From Zygnema circumcarinatum SAG 698-1b (taxonomy: Eukaryota > Plantae > Zygnematophyceae): a DNA stretch of 64,000 bases. Of the stretch, positions 11,573 to 23,854 are shown piece by piece. The stretch's first letter is position 1. Each line of letters starts with the position of its first letter. The notes under the pieces are model-generated. The model saw only the letters and a program-made list of their open reading frames with translations, did no database searches and was not told the origin of the DNA. The DNA lies in NCBI GenBank assembly GCA_037447605.1, contig CM074807.1, positions 2,114,674 through 2,178,673 of the forward strand, in the 5' to 3' direction. The translations under genes and the position numbers were made by a program.

Positions 11573-13064
11573 ATGGCCATGGCCATGGCGGGGCGCCCGG
11601 CCGCCCGCTGGCAGCTGCAGGACGGGGCGCGGGGGCTGGGGGCGCTGGCGGGGCTGCTGGTGCTGCTGTACGTGCTGCAGGTCCCGCCATGGCTGTGGCG
11701 GGCGAGCAAGGTGGAGCAGTACTCCATATGGGCGATGCCACGCGCAGGGAGCGGTCTGCAAGAGCGCTTGGAGGGCGTTATCAAGTCGCTGAGTTCGGAG
11801 TTTTATGGCATTCCTTTTCCGCCTCATGTCACGGTTATTGGAGCGTTTGGAGCTGGTCAGGGGCTCAAGGAAGGGGAAGTGCTGCGCAGAATGGAGGCCT
11901 TGTGCCGCTCGCTGAAGCCGTATACAATCCGCGTGCTGGATGTCTCCAGTGGGAATAAGTATTTTCAGTGCGTCTACCTCCGCATCGTGCAGAGCGAAGA
12001 GGTAAGCGGCTCCTTAATGCGTATACGTTGGGGATGCTTTACTGGGCTGGCGTGATTAATGGGCATCTGTAAGCGATTGTTTGTGCGTTGTGTGTTGTCG
12101 GATCGTAAAAAGTGGTCGCTGACTCTGGTGTTCTATGTGCTGGACTGACAGTATTATAATGCGGGAACACTTCGCCTACTGATACTGGAGCGTTCTTTTG
12201 CTCCTTCCGCAACAGGTGATGCAGGTTAACTGGCATGCGCGTGTTGCCTTCGGCTTGGCAGATAAGAGCAGTGGAGGTTCTTATAACTCGAGCGGTAAGC
12301 GAGTCCACCCATAGTCTTTACTTACTTGCCAGTAACTGCTGGCCTTATCGTAGCTTCTTTTCACTTTTTCTGTGTGAGGTCGTCAAATCCCAAATTGCGA
12401 ATCGCTTCTGCTAGGACAGCGCTAGTCGGAAAGGTCACCATTTGAGTGCTTCTTGTGCCATATTATTTTATATGTTCGATACTCTACAAAGAGAGTTTTC
12501 AGTAACTCTTCTATACAGGTTACTGAAATTCTATGGCATACTCCTTCGTGGCGTTTCCAAGTTCAGAGATTTTTTGTAACAATGTATTCAGTGATCTTGA
12601 TAGCGGTTCGAACTCTGCGACGATGTTGTTTCGACAAAGGGCCCAATTGTAAATCCTAGCTTTTTTCTTTTGTCCTTAGGTCCTTTGCGACCAGTTCCTC
12701 GTGGTTCCCCATGATGATTTTGTCCATGTACATTTGATGGCATCGCCATCGTGAGATCAATGTCACATCACCCATACACTAATTGTAACTGGATAATGCT
12801 TAATCAATGGCTGCAAAGCTAACTTTGCAATTGTTGATTGAACCACGGGGCTCAGGGTACATGCCACATCTCAGCCTGATATACGGACACCTTCAGGATT
12901 CGGAAAAAGCTCTTGCGAAGAATAAGGTTGAGACGGAGAACAGTGATATTTTGCAGGATATGGAATTCTCCGTTTCCAGTTTGGCGCTTTATCGAACAGA
13001 TCCTGACGATTTGGAGATGAAATCGTGGGAGTTTATCCGCGAATTTAAGCTGGGAAATCACTAA
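11573..13064 (+). CDS. Cyclic phosphodiesterase (2H phosphoesterase, CPDase family) with N-terminal hydrophobic segment
   Basis: Exons ~11573-12001, ~12216-12294, ~12856-13064. Motifs YSIWAMP, FPPHVTV (HxT), YFQCVYL, YMPHLSLIYG (HxS), LALYRTD..SWE are typical of plant CPDase. Confidence 0.9.
12690..12769 (+). repeat. Dispersed ~80-bp repeat (CPDase intron 2)
   Basis: Aligns to 50697-50772 with 3 substitutions and one 4-nt indel. Confidence 0.9.
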
Positions 13065-14681
13065 CAGAACTTCAAAGAGCCAAACAGTACAGCCCCTAAA
13101 TCTCTGTCTCAGCCTAGAGGGACCCCACTGCACTTTACGTCCTTGTAATTATGATCCCATTTTCGTATTCGTTAGTTCTCTCATATCTGAGAACGGGGCA
13201 CTCCTTGTAGACTGAGTTACTTATTGTCTTGAAATTAGGCAATGTCTTCGAGTTGTAATTAAAGACCTGAGAATGATCTCTTTCTTGTGAAGATAACAAC
13301 TTTTACTTTACACCTCTTTCTTTAAGAGAAAGGTGGGGAGCAAACCCATGCAGCTGAATGTGAGTACAAGCGGTGGAGACTTGCGGAATTGGGGTTTCCA
13401 TTCAAGGACTTTTATCGTCTCAAATTTTGTTGGCTGTTCCTTTACTGGAAGGAATAAGCGTGGTTCTTTCGCGAAGAGTGTAACCTTTTTCCAATAAAAA
13501 TGTCTCATGACCAATGCATAGCAGAAGGGGGTTTCTGACTTCCATTTTTTTCCAGTTCATCTCTTCACAGGGTGTCAGGCCATGATCACGCCCATATGAT
13601 GGTTGTATTGTTTTTGCGGAAATTTCTTATGTACACTTGTTTCTCTTCCTTCCTACGGAAAGCATTTCTTGGACAAACCCTCAGATTGAATGACATTGTG
13701 CGTGTCCTTCTCATTTGCTCTAAAATGGAGATACATTTTTGGTTAAGGGACACTTCGCACCTGGCGGTAATGGAACGAATGAAGACACGTGAATCTGCTC
13801 ATCAGTACTATTCACCCTTCTTACTTGCTTGTGCCGCCTCAACATCACTAACATCAAGCCTGTAAATAATGACTAGCATCTGTTTCCCTGTGTGTTTTTT
13901 AAAGCGGGAGAGGGAGGCTGCGCGTCGGGTAGACTGCCGCCTACCTCTCATGCATTTTTTGGTTTTTTTTGTTCGTATTGATTTCTTCCCATTTGTTCCC
14001 CGCTTCGTCCATCCCACACCGCACCATCGCCCGGACTGCCACTAATGCCTCCGAAGCAACGCTAACGCCAGGCGCGTGCAACCTGGACGTCCGTACAATG
14101 CACGGCATGCCACGCTTCTTCGTACATCCCCGTACGACATCTGGCATCCGTACGATACGGCATCGAGAGGGAATCTAATCTCGTGCTGGCAGGGAGGGAA
14201 GGGCGTAGGGCGCAGACAGCCCCCGAGGGGAGGCGGGAGGAGCGGCCTTAGACCTGCCGCAGGGCAGGGCGGGGCTTTACGATGGCGGCGCAGCCTGCGG
14301 CGGGGGCCGCTCGGAGAGATGAGCACCGGGAAGGGTCGGTTTCTGCTGCGCTCACAGGCTGTCATGTGCCGTGAACTCTTCGTGAAGCCTGGCTGGCTCC
14401 AACTTTGCTACCGACCGATTCTCTTGCTTTGATAGTCCCTTAATCTCTCAAGCTTTGGCATTGGCCTGCTCATGAAAGACGCCTCAGCATCCTTGCATCT
14501 GCCGCTGTTAGGCTTTTCTCACGCGGATGCATACTCTCGTTCAGATCCAAGCGGATCTGGCTGCCCTGAGCAGCTGGTTTTGGTGGCGAGCATGGTCGTG
14601 TAGGTTGCGGTGGCAGTGGCAGCCGCTAGCACCTGCTACGCGCTTCTGGCCTGACGTAGCACTTGTTGTTTCTGGTCAGCC

Positions 14682-17152
14682 ATGCTGCGCCATGGATGTG
14701 GCATCGCTGTCCTCCTCTTCTCCACCCTCCTTTTCTGCGAGTACTTTATCCATTTTCGCCCCTATGCAAACCCTGCCTGTCACTGGCCGCCACTGGACCC
14801 GGCGCCTCGCAAGAATGAGCGCGTTCACCGCCGCAGGCCTCTTCTTGCTGCCAAGCCGCGCACGCTGAGAGCTGTTGTCATCGCTGACTTGAACATAATG
14901 GGAGCCAAAGGAGCCTATATTGACAGGCTCCGTCGCGAATGGTTCATGAAACGCGCCTTTGAGGTAGATCCCCTCATCCATTGACGTTTTTAGCCGTAGC
15001 CGTCGAAAGGATGATGTGCATCTACTTCTGTCGTCATTGTTTCCAGTCAGAGTGCCAAGGTCAGGGCGGTTTCTGAAACTGTTCGTTTATTTGTGTTGGT
15101 TGTTTACTTCTTTATGCAGAGAGCTTTGAGCAAGTTGCGTCCAGAAATGGTGCTGGTTCTGGGTGACATGTCACAAGATGGATGTAATGCATCGGATGCG
15201 GAGTGGGACGAAGTCCTACGACGTTTTCGAAAGGTGACCGGACGGCCTTCAGAGCTCGCCCTGCATGTTTTGCCGGGCGATCGCGATATTGGAAACCACG
15301 AAAACGCAAACGAAGTAGTTATCCAGCGATTCGCCAACACTTTCTCAGCTCGCAGCCCAAGTAGTAGCAGCCTCTTTGAATGGGAAAATATTAGTTTCGT
15401 TTCGCTGAATGCCATGACGTTTTTGGGAGATGGCTGTTCTCGTTGTTTGCGAGCAGAAAGGGTCATCGAGACGGCTAGCAGACGTCTTTTTGGTGAAACA
15501 GGAGTCTCAAACGGTTCAAATCCCCGGCCCAATGAATCACTGGAAGAAGAGCTAATGCCTGATCACAGTTATACGGCCAGTGTAGATAGCTTAGACAGGA
15601 AAGCAGCAGATGTAGATAGAGAAGAGAAGCAACTGGCTGCTTGGTTCCCTGGACCTGTGGTGCTTCTTCACCTCCCGTTGTTCCGAAAAGATGACAATGT
15701 GTGCAGCGCCGTGGACATCCCTCGCTGTGGGCCATGGCATCAGGTGGATGGCGTTTGTCTGGATATAAACTCACCGGCAGACATGTAAGTTTGGGAACTC
15801 TCAACTATTAATAACACCATAGTATGCATGTGAGCTTTTGGGGTGACATTCCCTGTCAGACCCTTACGAACTCTTGTCGTGCTTCTGAAGAACAAATGGC
15901 CGCTGAATTTAACACTGGATTGTCGGATCTCCATGGCAACTCAATGTGCCTCAGCGAATATTGAATAAGACTGAACAGAACTTTGCTTTGCTTTTTGTTG
16001 AGCAAAGTCAGTTATGAGTCTGACATCCTTTGTTTGCGATTTGAATTTTTCCTTGCGTCACAATGTTGGATAGTTTCTTTTGTATCAGTGATAAAAGTCC
16101 CAAGAAGTTCACTTAACTGGATTATGATGCAAGATGCCGAGGGCACGGTCTTGCAAAGTAGTCGGGGCATGCACCTTTGTCATTTGGTGCGGTCCAACTT
16201 GACTGTACCTTGTCCAGCTTGCTTTTGAGAAAGTACTATGTTCAGGTTCAGAAGAGGAGGGATGATGATAAAAGCTTCAGCTTTTCGTAAGTAGATCTGA
16301 TTTTGAAGGAAGAACCTTTGTGGGAGAGGGGTCTAGTGTGAAAGAGATTGGCCATTGATCCTGGAGTCGGAAAACTCGTCCTTGCCTCATTCCTGGCGGC
16401 TCACATTCCGGAGTTGTGAGTGCAGATCGGCCCCGCGCCAAGAATCGTATAAACCTGGGATTGACGTTCTTACCCAGAATGCCTCTGAGTATATCCTACA
16501 TGCCCTCCGTCCACGGTGAGCTCCTCACTCTCTGTGTTTTCCTAGAACCTTGTCTCCAAGGCTAGGTATTGGGCAACTTTGTTCATGGCGTTCAGGGCTT
16601 TTGACGCCTTTTCTAAAATTATGCAGTCTCCTCTCCCAGCAGAGAATAGGCCATCAGACGTTCCAGGTTGTTCTATATATTCCGGTAAATGTGCGCTTCA
16701 CTGTGTCTTTGATGGTGATTGGTCAGTTGCTATCCATCGAGTTCGGTTGCAATGCCATCGATCATATACACGTCTCACTCATTTGAAAGCAACGAATGCT
16801 AATTGGCCTGCTTTTGCTGCCTCGCGTGACATACCCTGCGCGATCGTGATGGTTTTGTTCCAGAATTGTATTCTCTGCTCACACACATCGATACTGTGAG
16901 CGTATCCACGGCAACAAAACAAGAGAAATCACGGTTCCGTCATTCAGTTGGAGTAACAGAGACGACCCGAGTTTCCTTCTGGCCGCCTTTCACCCCAATG
17001 GCAGTGTTACCACTCAGCTTTGTGCCCTCCCTAGAGAGAGCATTGTGCTGGGCACTTATGCCATAGTGGGCATGGTGGTCATTTTGTGGCTTCTGTGTGT
17101 GGCAGTTGGTAGATGCTGTTGTCCAAGAAATGAGCACCAGAAGCAGGAGTAG
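14682..17152 (+). CDS. Metallophosphoesterase 1-like (MPPE1/PGAP5/Cdc1 family), N- and C-terminal TM segments
   Basis: Exons ~14682-14963, 15120-15784, ~16426-16515, 16864-17152. TM-CEY..CHWP, IADLNIMG, DRLRREWFM, LVLGDMS, LPGDRDIG, LHLPL, VFSAHTHRYC, EITVPSFSW..DPSF, then a C-terminal TM segment. Confidence 0.85.
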
Positions 17153-18367
17153 GTCGGCAGAGGGAAGTCACAGCCATGTGTCTGGTCGGAATGTGGAAGC
17201 CATCCATTCTTTGTACAGTTGTCATTAATAAGCCGCCGAGGTCAGCAGCTAGGAAAATGCAAGCGCGTTTGTACAGTGCTCACATAAGTGCCTGCTTTAG
17301 TATGGCTGGCGATTCCTGAGGCGTGTCACTTTCTGTCGTTCCCCCTACGCACTGTTCGGTGTATTCTGGAGGGATTCCATGTATTCAAATTAGCTGCAGT
17401 GCTTGTATAGGACTCCTGTTTCCCGCATAGAACCGTGTTGATTACGATGGCAAAATTATGACGTGTAAAAGGATTTTAATCCGTTGATGGTCCGGCGTCT
17501 CTAGTGCCGTCAACACGCACTTCGGAGCTTGCTGATTGCTATTTCAGCGTAACGAAATGCGGGTTTGAGAAGAAATGCCGACCAGAAAAAGTGACAGCTA
17601 ACGCCGGTGAATCATGCCGTCGTTTCAAACAAATGTTGGGGATGTCTGACACCGTCTGTCTGGTTTGATACCGTAAAACCGAACAGGCTGAGAAAGAAAT
17701 TACTATTAATTACGATTACTATTCGTAATCGGTGTTAAAAAAAAAGGCTATTTCCGCGTTAGGTTTCTCTTTTGTTTCTGAACAACGGTCCTTGTTCACA
17801 TGCGAACCAATACGAAACCAAATTGAAGATTAACTCTCGGTCATGTTCAATCTCAATTTACTTTGCATCCACCGATCAACAATGAGTTGTCCACGCGCTT
17901 TGCGATTTGCCAAAATCGTTGATCTGGCGAGAAAAATCGGACGGCAAAAATTGGGCCGGAGGTCAGCAAATCTCGCAGATTGTTTGAACCCTATGTGGCA
18001 AAAACTGGAATCCGCAAGTGTAACCGAACAGATTGACACGAACAATTGAGCTTTGTTTCTGTATTGTTCAATTTGGAAAACTATTCATTTCGAGTGTTCT
18101 AAGTTCGAATGAGATCTTTTCATTTGATATTTCAACAATTCCCAAAACAAATTTCAATTCTTCAAATGAACGGCAGCAGCGTCCGCTCCCCCCCCGCGGG
18201 CGAAGTTGTTGATCGCGCCCTTGGACCCGGCAAACGCGGCGTGCTCACGCGGTCACGTCGCGTCACGATCACGGGTACGCTCGGACGGGGGGGGGGCGCA
18301 GTTTTGACAACCGTTGCCTCGACCAGCCCGCCCGCCTGGACCCGTCGTGACCGGCCGGAAGGGACGC

Positions 18368-18521
18368 GACACGTGGCAGCACCCACGAGTCCACGTGTCG
18401 CGTGCTCGCCGTCCTTTATGTCCACGTGGCTATAGCAAAGGCCTTGACACGTGGTACCTATAATCCTTTCTCGTAAGTCGGCGCCACGTGACGCATGCAG
18501 CCTCGCTTGTTGCCGCGTGGC
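18368..18521. promoter_or_regulatory. Dense G-box/ABRE array upstream of the LEA-like gene
   Basis: CACGTG at 18370, 18392, 18423, 18448 and 18485 (including ACACGTGGC and CCACGTGGC), plus coupling-element-like CCGCGTGGC at 18513. Confidence 0.75.
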
Positions 18522-18807
18522 ACCGTCCAGTGCGCCTTTGCATGGCCGTTTCTGCCGCAGTTTCCTTTGCAATAAAAAGAAATACTTTCTGGGGTGATTT
18601 CTTATTGTGCATTCCGGCTTCCGAGTACTGATTCCGACCCGGTGCTCGTCCAGACTCCCTGACGAGCGGCCCCCAGTAAATGAGCAGACGGAGGGACCGG
18701 GGGTGTACTTTTGGGGCTGCGAGCGGTGGGGCCTTCACTCTCCTCTCCTCTCTCCTCCGGGTCTGCTCTGCTCTGCTCTCCGCGGGGCCATTTTTGAGCT
18801 AACGAGC

Positions 18808-20121
18808 ATGTCGGGCGGGCGGGAAGGCCAGGCTCCCGAGGAGGAGGAGGAAGAGAAGCGTTACTATGAGGCCTCTGAAACAGCGGGGCAACCTGCCGGG
18901 CAGGGGCAGGTGAGGAGTTGGGGAAAGGGCTGGCTTGGAATGGGGAAGCAGGAGGCTGGAAAGGCGCAGCAGCAAGGAGGAGAAGCTGCAGAAAAAGCGC
19001 AGGAGGTTTCTGAGGAGACGGCGGGACGAGCTCAGGAGAAGGGAGGGCAGTTGAAGGAGCAGGCGGGAGAATTTGCAGGACAAGCTAAAGAAAAGACCAG
19101 TGGGGCTGCTGAGAGGGCCAAAGAACAGGTCGGTGGCAAAGCCGGGGAGGCGAAAGAGAGAGCGGGCGGTTTGGCGGAGCAAACAAAGGAAAAGACAGGC
19201 AATGTTGTCGACCAGGCGAAGGAACGAGGACAAGAGTATTGGGAGGGTGAGAGGGGTCAGCAGATTCGTGGCCAGGCGGAGGAGTATGGCCAGCGGGCGG
19301 GAGATGTTGCCCGTCGTACCAAAGACACTGCAGGGGGATATGTGCAGCAAACACGCGAAGGGGGCCGCCAGTTCATGACTGAAATTAAAGAAGAGGGAGA
19401 AGGCGAAGGGCTTGGTGGTGAAATAGGCAGGCGTACCAAACAAGCTGGTCGCGCTGTTCAAGACAAGGCGCACGAGATCGCGGAAAATCCAGAAGCCCGC
19501 CAAGGTCTTCTGGAGGATGCAGGGCGGTTTCTTGGGGCTATGCGTGCCCAGGGAGGCGGCATCGGCAAGGAGGCGGAAGCGCTGGGTCATGGAGCACAGA
19601 TGATCAGCGAGACAGCGCAGCAAACATGGGAGCACGTCCCTGATGAAGCAAAGCAGGCAGTGGTTGCTGGTGGAAAGAAGCTTGCCGAGACAACGGATCG
19701 ACTGTGGACCAAGTTTTTCGGGATTGTAGAGAGGGCCTTGGATCTTGCCGATAAAAAGCTTTTCCAGGATGAGGAGGAGGGTGAGGATATTGAAGCGGGT
19801 CAGGTTCACCGCGGGGAGGAGGCGTCGCATCCAAATCAAGAGCAGACGGGGCCAAAGCAGCCACTCCTGCAGAAGCCAGGTTTTTTGAAGACCAAAGATC
19901 CTAGGCAGAAGGAGCGAGAAAGGAAGGAGAAGGAGAAACAAAAGCGCCAAAAAAATGTGAAGTTGGTCACTCAAGTCATCGGCGGCATTATCGTTCTCCT
20001 TTTGTCGACCATTCTTCTCTTCTTCCTGGGCTTCTTCTTGCTGCCGATATTACTGATTGCCCTACTGCTTGTTCTCATGGGCTTTCAGTGCTATGCTTGC
20101 TGCGGCATTGGCTCAAGCTAA
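18808..20121 (+). CDS. Intronless group-3 LEA-like protein (437 aa) with long C-terminal hydrophobic anchor and Cys-rich tail
   Basis: 11-mer repeats AQEKGGQLKEQ / AGEFAGQAKEK / TSGAAERAKEQ / VGGKAGEAKER / AGGLAEQTKEK / TGNVVDQAKER; G/E/A/Q/K-rich. Ends with a basic patch plus LVTQVIGGIIVLLLSTILLFFLGFFLLPILLIALLLVLMGFQCYACCG. Confidence 0.85.
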   Translation: MSGGREGQAPEEEEEEKRYYEASETAGQPAGQGQVRSWGKGWLGMGKQEAGKAQQQGGEAAEKAQEVSEETAGRAQEKGGQLKEQAGEFAGQAKEKTSGAAERAKEQVGGKAGEAKERAGGLAEQTKEKTGNVVDQAKERGQEYWEGERGQQIRGQAEEYGQRAGDVARRTKDTAGGYVQQTREGGRQFMTEIKEEGEGEGLGGEIGRRTKQAGRAVQDKAHEIAENPEARQGLLEDAGRFLGAMRAQGGGIGKEAEALGHGAQMISETAQQTWEHVPDEAKQAVVAGGKKLAETTDRLWTKFFGIVERALDLADKKLFQDEEEGEDIEAGQVHRGEEASHPNQEQTGPKQPLLQKPGFLKTKDPRQKERERKEKEKQKRQKNVKLVTQVIGGIIVLLLSTILLFFLGFFLLPILLIALLLVLMGFQCYACCGIGSS

Positions 20122-21655
20122 ACGCTGCAGGTACGACATGTCAATGCTGATAATCGCCGTGAGGCGACGTTATCGGAAGAATAAAATCTCGCTGTCACCG
20201 GTGGAGGACTGCAATGACTTTGTCAAAGAGATGACGAATGGCAGACATGGAGGTCTGGCACGTTTTTTTGCCAGCTCTGAGTTTGGGCGACGGAGGAAAC
20301 GCGAGTAATGTACCTCTGCATGGTTTCGCAACCATGCTTGTTGCTCTGATCTGCGAAAGCTGTGATCCTGCCGGCGTGCACGGCAGAACTCTGTAAGGGA
20401 AGGGAAAGGCACGCGTCGCTTTTAACAGGATGCTTTTCCAATATCAGACTCAGAAGCCGCTGGCTCCAAACAATGTTGCATACTTGGCAGCGATTGCGTT
20501 ATGAGTAATACTTGTATAGGCTGTGCTATAAAGCATCCATATTGGACCTCATTGTGTTTGGGAGCTGCATGCTGGATTTTGTGTGCCCATTTGTTACTTC
20601 TGAATTGCCATGGAACCATAAGGTAATCATTCTTACAGTTTGGCATCACTTGTCTGGAAATGCGATTTCACAAAAATAACATTGCATTTACCTGACTATC
20701 CAAATGAACAGTATGGTGAGTCTTCACTTCTCAAGCATTCTGGTTGAATCAGGCACAAAGTTTCATCTTCACATGCCAATTTGTACCATCACAACGCCGA
20801 AGTCTTGCAAGTAGCGCCCACAAACATGTAAACGTGCAGTCCACAACGAGCAGTCTTAAAAATTGTTATTGAGAGCCGTTGGTAAATACACCAAATTGGC
20901 AGTTAGAGCATCTGACATGTCGCTGCCGAAGTTCACCTCTATGAAGCCATAGCCCGCAGAGACATGCGAGGAGTGAAGGAACGGTCAAGACACTGAAGAA
21001 TTAGACCCAGCCACGGCCTCTGCCACCAAGAGCAAGGAAGCAGCAGGACAAGGAGTGGCTCAAAATCGGAAAAGTCTAGCAGGACAGAGAGGTGATGCAC
21101 TCCAACTCCCACTTGTGTAGAAAGGTCAGAAAAAGAATCCCGAACTGTGCTTCAAACGGCTACACGCTGTTCCATAGTTTTGCACGAAGGGCTAAAAAAG
21201 CACTTATCGATGGAGTAACTCGGCTCCGACCAAATGGTTCAGAAAGCTTGGAGTGATCCGACTTGGAGGACCACCAAATGTGTGAATTGCAGACTACACA
21301 AACTCACCCTAATCTTCAATCCTTAAAAATGAGCCAGAGAAGGACGACTCGAAATGAATCGGGACAAACACCGACCGTTGTTCAGCTCAGCACCTACTTA
21401 TCTCCCCTTCAGCCACATGGTCATGTTCTAATGAGGCGAAAGTATTTAGCATATAGCCAAGCAGGTGAAGGCCCTTAAAAAAGGTTCATTTCTGCAAGCA
21501 AAACAGAAATTGGTTTCAGAACGAAACACCTCCAACTCTATTCGAGTGTGCTCGAAGTATTGCACAAAGGCTATCCAGCCTGACAATTTCAAAATCCTCT
21601 GCCCGAGTCAGATAGCTCACCATTTCACTACTTACGGTCACCCCCCCATCACCGA

Positions 21656-23676
21656 TCATCCTTCAACCGCAGGAAGCCCCTCATAATTCCATTGATTCAG
21701 GCCTCCTTTGACATGCCGAACATTAGTGAAGCCCGCCTCCTGAAGCTCATAGCATGCTTTCAGAGACCTGCAGTTAAACATACGGTTCCCAAGAATTAAT
21801 CAAAACCAAAAGGCACATGCAGCGACCCCCTTTTCCAACTTATCTCCATCCACAGACAACGCAGTGAGAACCTGCCTTGAACGAGCCGAGGATTCCCTAT
21901 GAACACATTCCCTATCCTGCACATACCTGGAGGAGATACCGAATGTGAGCCAGGGGTCATTGTACTTCTTCGCCTTAGGGCCCGTGCGCTCGACATAGGT
22001 CTGCAGAGTGCCCCCCCGCGAGCAAATCACCAGCACCGGGCGGCCTTTTCGCCTGTCACCCCCCACGGCCTCCACTGCCATCCGAACAAAATCGGGGTTT
22101 CGCTCCGTTCCTGCAAAGTCTGTGATTAGAGCGTAACCGAGTCTCCTGAAAACAGAAATGCCAGATGACTGTCACTTTGCAGCCTGAAATAAGTCACGCC
22201 AAAGCAGGTGTGCTTGAGAATGCAAGGAAGCAATGAAGTTGGATTTCCCCGAAGCATGATAGGCCATAAAACACGTGGATGCATTCGTCGACAGGTATGA
22301 GTTATACTTATTAGAGCAATTCACATAAAGCGAAGTACTTCAATAATAGTATGTCATTCTGAGCCAAGCTCGTGAAACTTTGGAGGCAGGTTAAGAAGAC
22401 CAAAAAAAAATTGCTGAGTGGACAGAAATTGCTGTACTAACCTCAAATTCGCCTTCACGTCATTGCCTTGAATGAGACGAAAGAGCGGAGCACTCTTTGC
22501 TCCTTCTGCGTGAATCTGACATAACACCCTTCATCCCACAAAAACCATCCATGAAAACCAGGCGCGACCAATCTTGACAAGACCATGAGATTGCTTCAAC
22601 TTCACATTCCAGTCCCTGAAAGTAGTCTGCTGGCCACCGTTGGCCAGGATATTGGCAAAACCTCCATTCGGCTAACTCCAGAAAAAATGTGAATTTCCTG
22701 CTTAGACTATGGATCTGAAAGAACAACGCTCTGCTTACCTTTTCGTAGTCTTGCTCTTCTCGTACATCCAGAATGACGGCAGGGTTAAAGCGGCTTGTGG
22801 CCAAGCGAAGGGCCTCTCCCGGCACTACGCTCTGCAACTTTCGCTCAGTGAGAGCTCGATGAACCTCTGCATATTGAACTCCACCAAAAAAATGGAAGCG
22901 CTAAGCGAGAATTAGGGATAGGGATTCTCGAGGAAATTTTGCATTGAAATGAGTTCAGCCATCCCAACTGTACATCCATGATGTGCACACAGTTTTTTCT
23001 GGAATTCACCACGCCTCACCTAGCCAGGCAGTATACTGAAAGGAATCATCAAATAGGGTTCCCACCCGACCTTGAGTTGCAGCCGATGCCTGCAACGCGA
23101 CCGAGTGCATAGTTTGAATAAACGCAGACAATCTAACAAGTGCTTTGCGAAACAGCTCAAATTTGGCCTCATCTAAGCTGGTCAGAGACACCCTAAAGAG
23201 AAGTGAGTACCGCCCAAATGAGCGCATTCAAGATCCCTCCGGGCAACCTGCTATACTTGGACTGCTGCTGATCCACACTGTAACGAAACATTGACCAGCG
23301 CTTACCTCCTTCAACTTCTTCAACTTGGCCTCCATGGTCTGTTCTGCCACGAACGTATTAAAGAACCATCCCTTGTCCCGGCCCTGCGCCAAATCACTCC
23401 TCTATCAGCAGTCAAATACGCGTTTCTGCACAACGATATCGAGAGCAGACTATTTCCGCAAATAGAGCTCCATCAATGTACCTCCTTCTGCTCGGAAGCA
23501 GCTCGCCCGCCTCCCTGACAACTGGTCACATATCCTCTCCATGGTCGGTCCACTACAGCCTGCAAATTTCCCCTTTCCCCTGCTCGACCGGCGAGAGGGC
23601 GCGGATGCGGATCTTGCAGAAAGGCGGAGGGCCCCCCTGCTGCGGCAACGTGCAGCCTGCACGTGGCAGCCGCCAT
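21656..23676 (-). CDS. Rhodanese-like domain protein, probably chloroplastic (STR14-like)
   Basis: Spliced exons give AVILDVREEQDYEK / IHAEGAKSAPLFRLIQGND / RLGYALITDFAGTERNPDF..VICSRGGT..FGISSR / SLKACYELQEAGFTNVRHVKGGLNQWNYEGLP. The N-terminus is transit-peptide-like; the 5' exon structure is approximate. Confidence 0.85.
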
Positions 23677-23721
23677 GGCTTTTCTCCGTCTGCAGAGGGA
23701 GTGCAAAGCTCTGCCCTGAGC

Positions 23722-23736
23722 AAACCCTAACCCTAA
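23722..23736. promoter_or_regulatory. Telo-box (AAACCCTAA + CCCTAA) just upstream of the rhodanese start
   Basis: Exact plant interstitial telomere motif ~45 bp from the ATG. Confidence 0.5.
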
Positions 23737-23854
23737 TTTTGAACTGAACCTTATTGACGATCGCTACGGTAATAATAAAACTATCGCTCAGCTACGGCGC
23801 GGTATCCTCCGCCTCTTGGTCTTATCTCCCGCCTCCAAACTATGGCGGAGGGCG

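Noticed and set aside
12690-12769. Box C/D snoRNA interpretation of the dispersed repeat (ATGATGA)
   Set aside because: Box C is not conserved in the other copies, there is no terminal CTGA, and orientation relative to host genes is inconsistent.
17740-18170. AT-rich block with recurring TTGTT/GAACAA motifs upstream of the ABRE array
   Set aside because: May be a TE remnant, but no TIR, TSD or coding similarity could be defined.
18799-19974. 391-aa antisense ORF opposite the LEA gene
   Set aside because: Leu-rich shadow of GAG/CAG/AAG codons with no recognisable domain.
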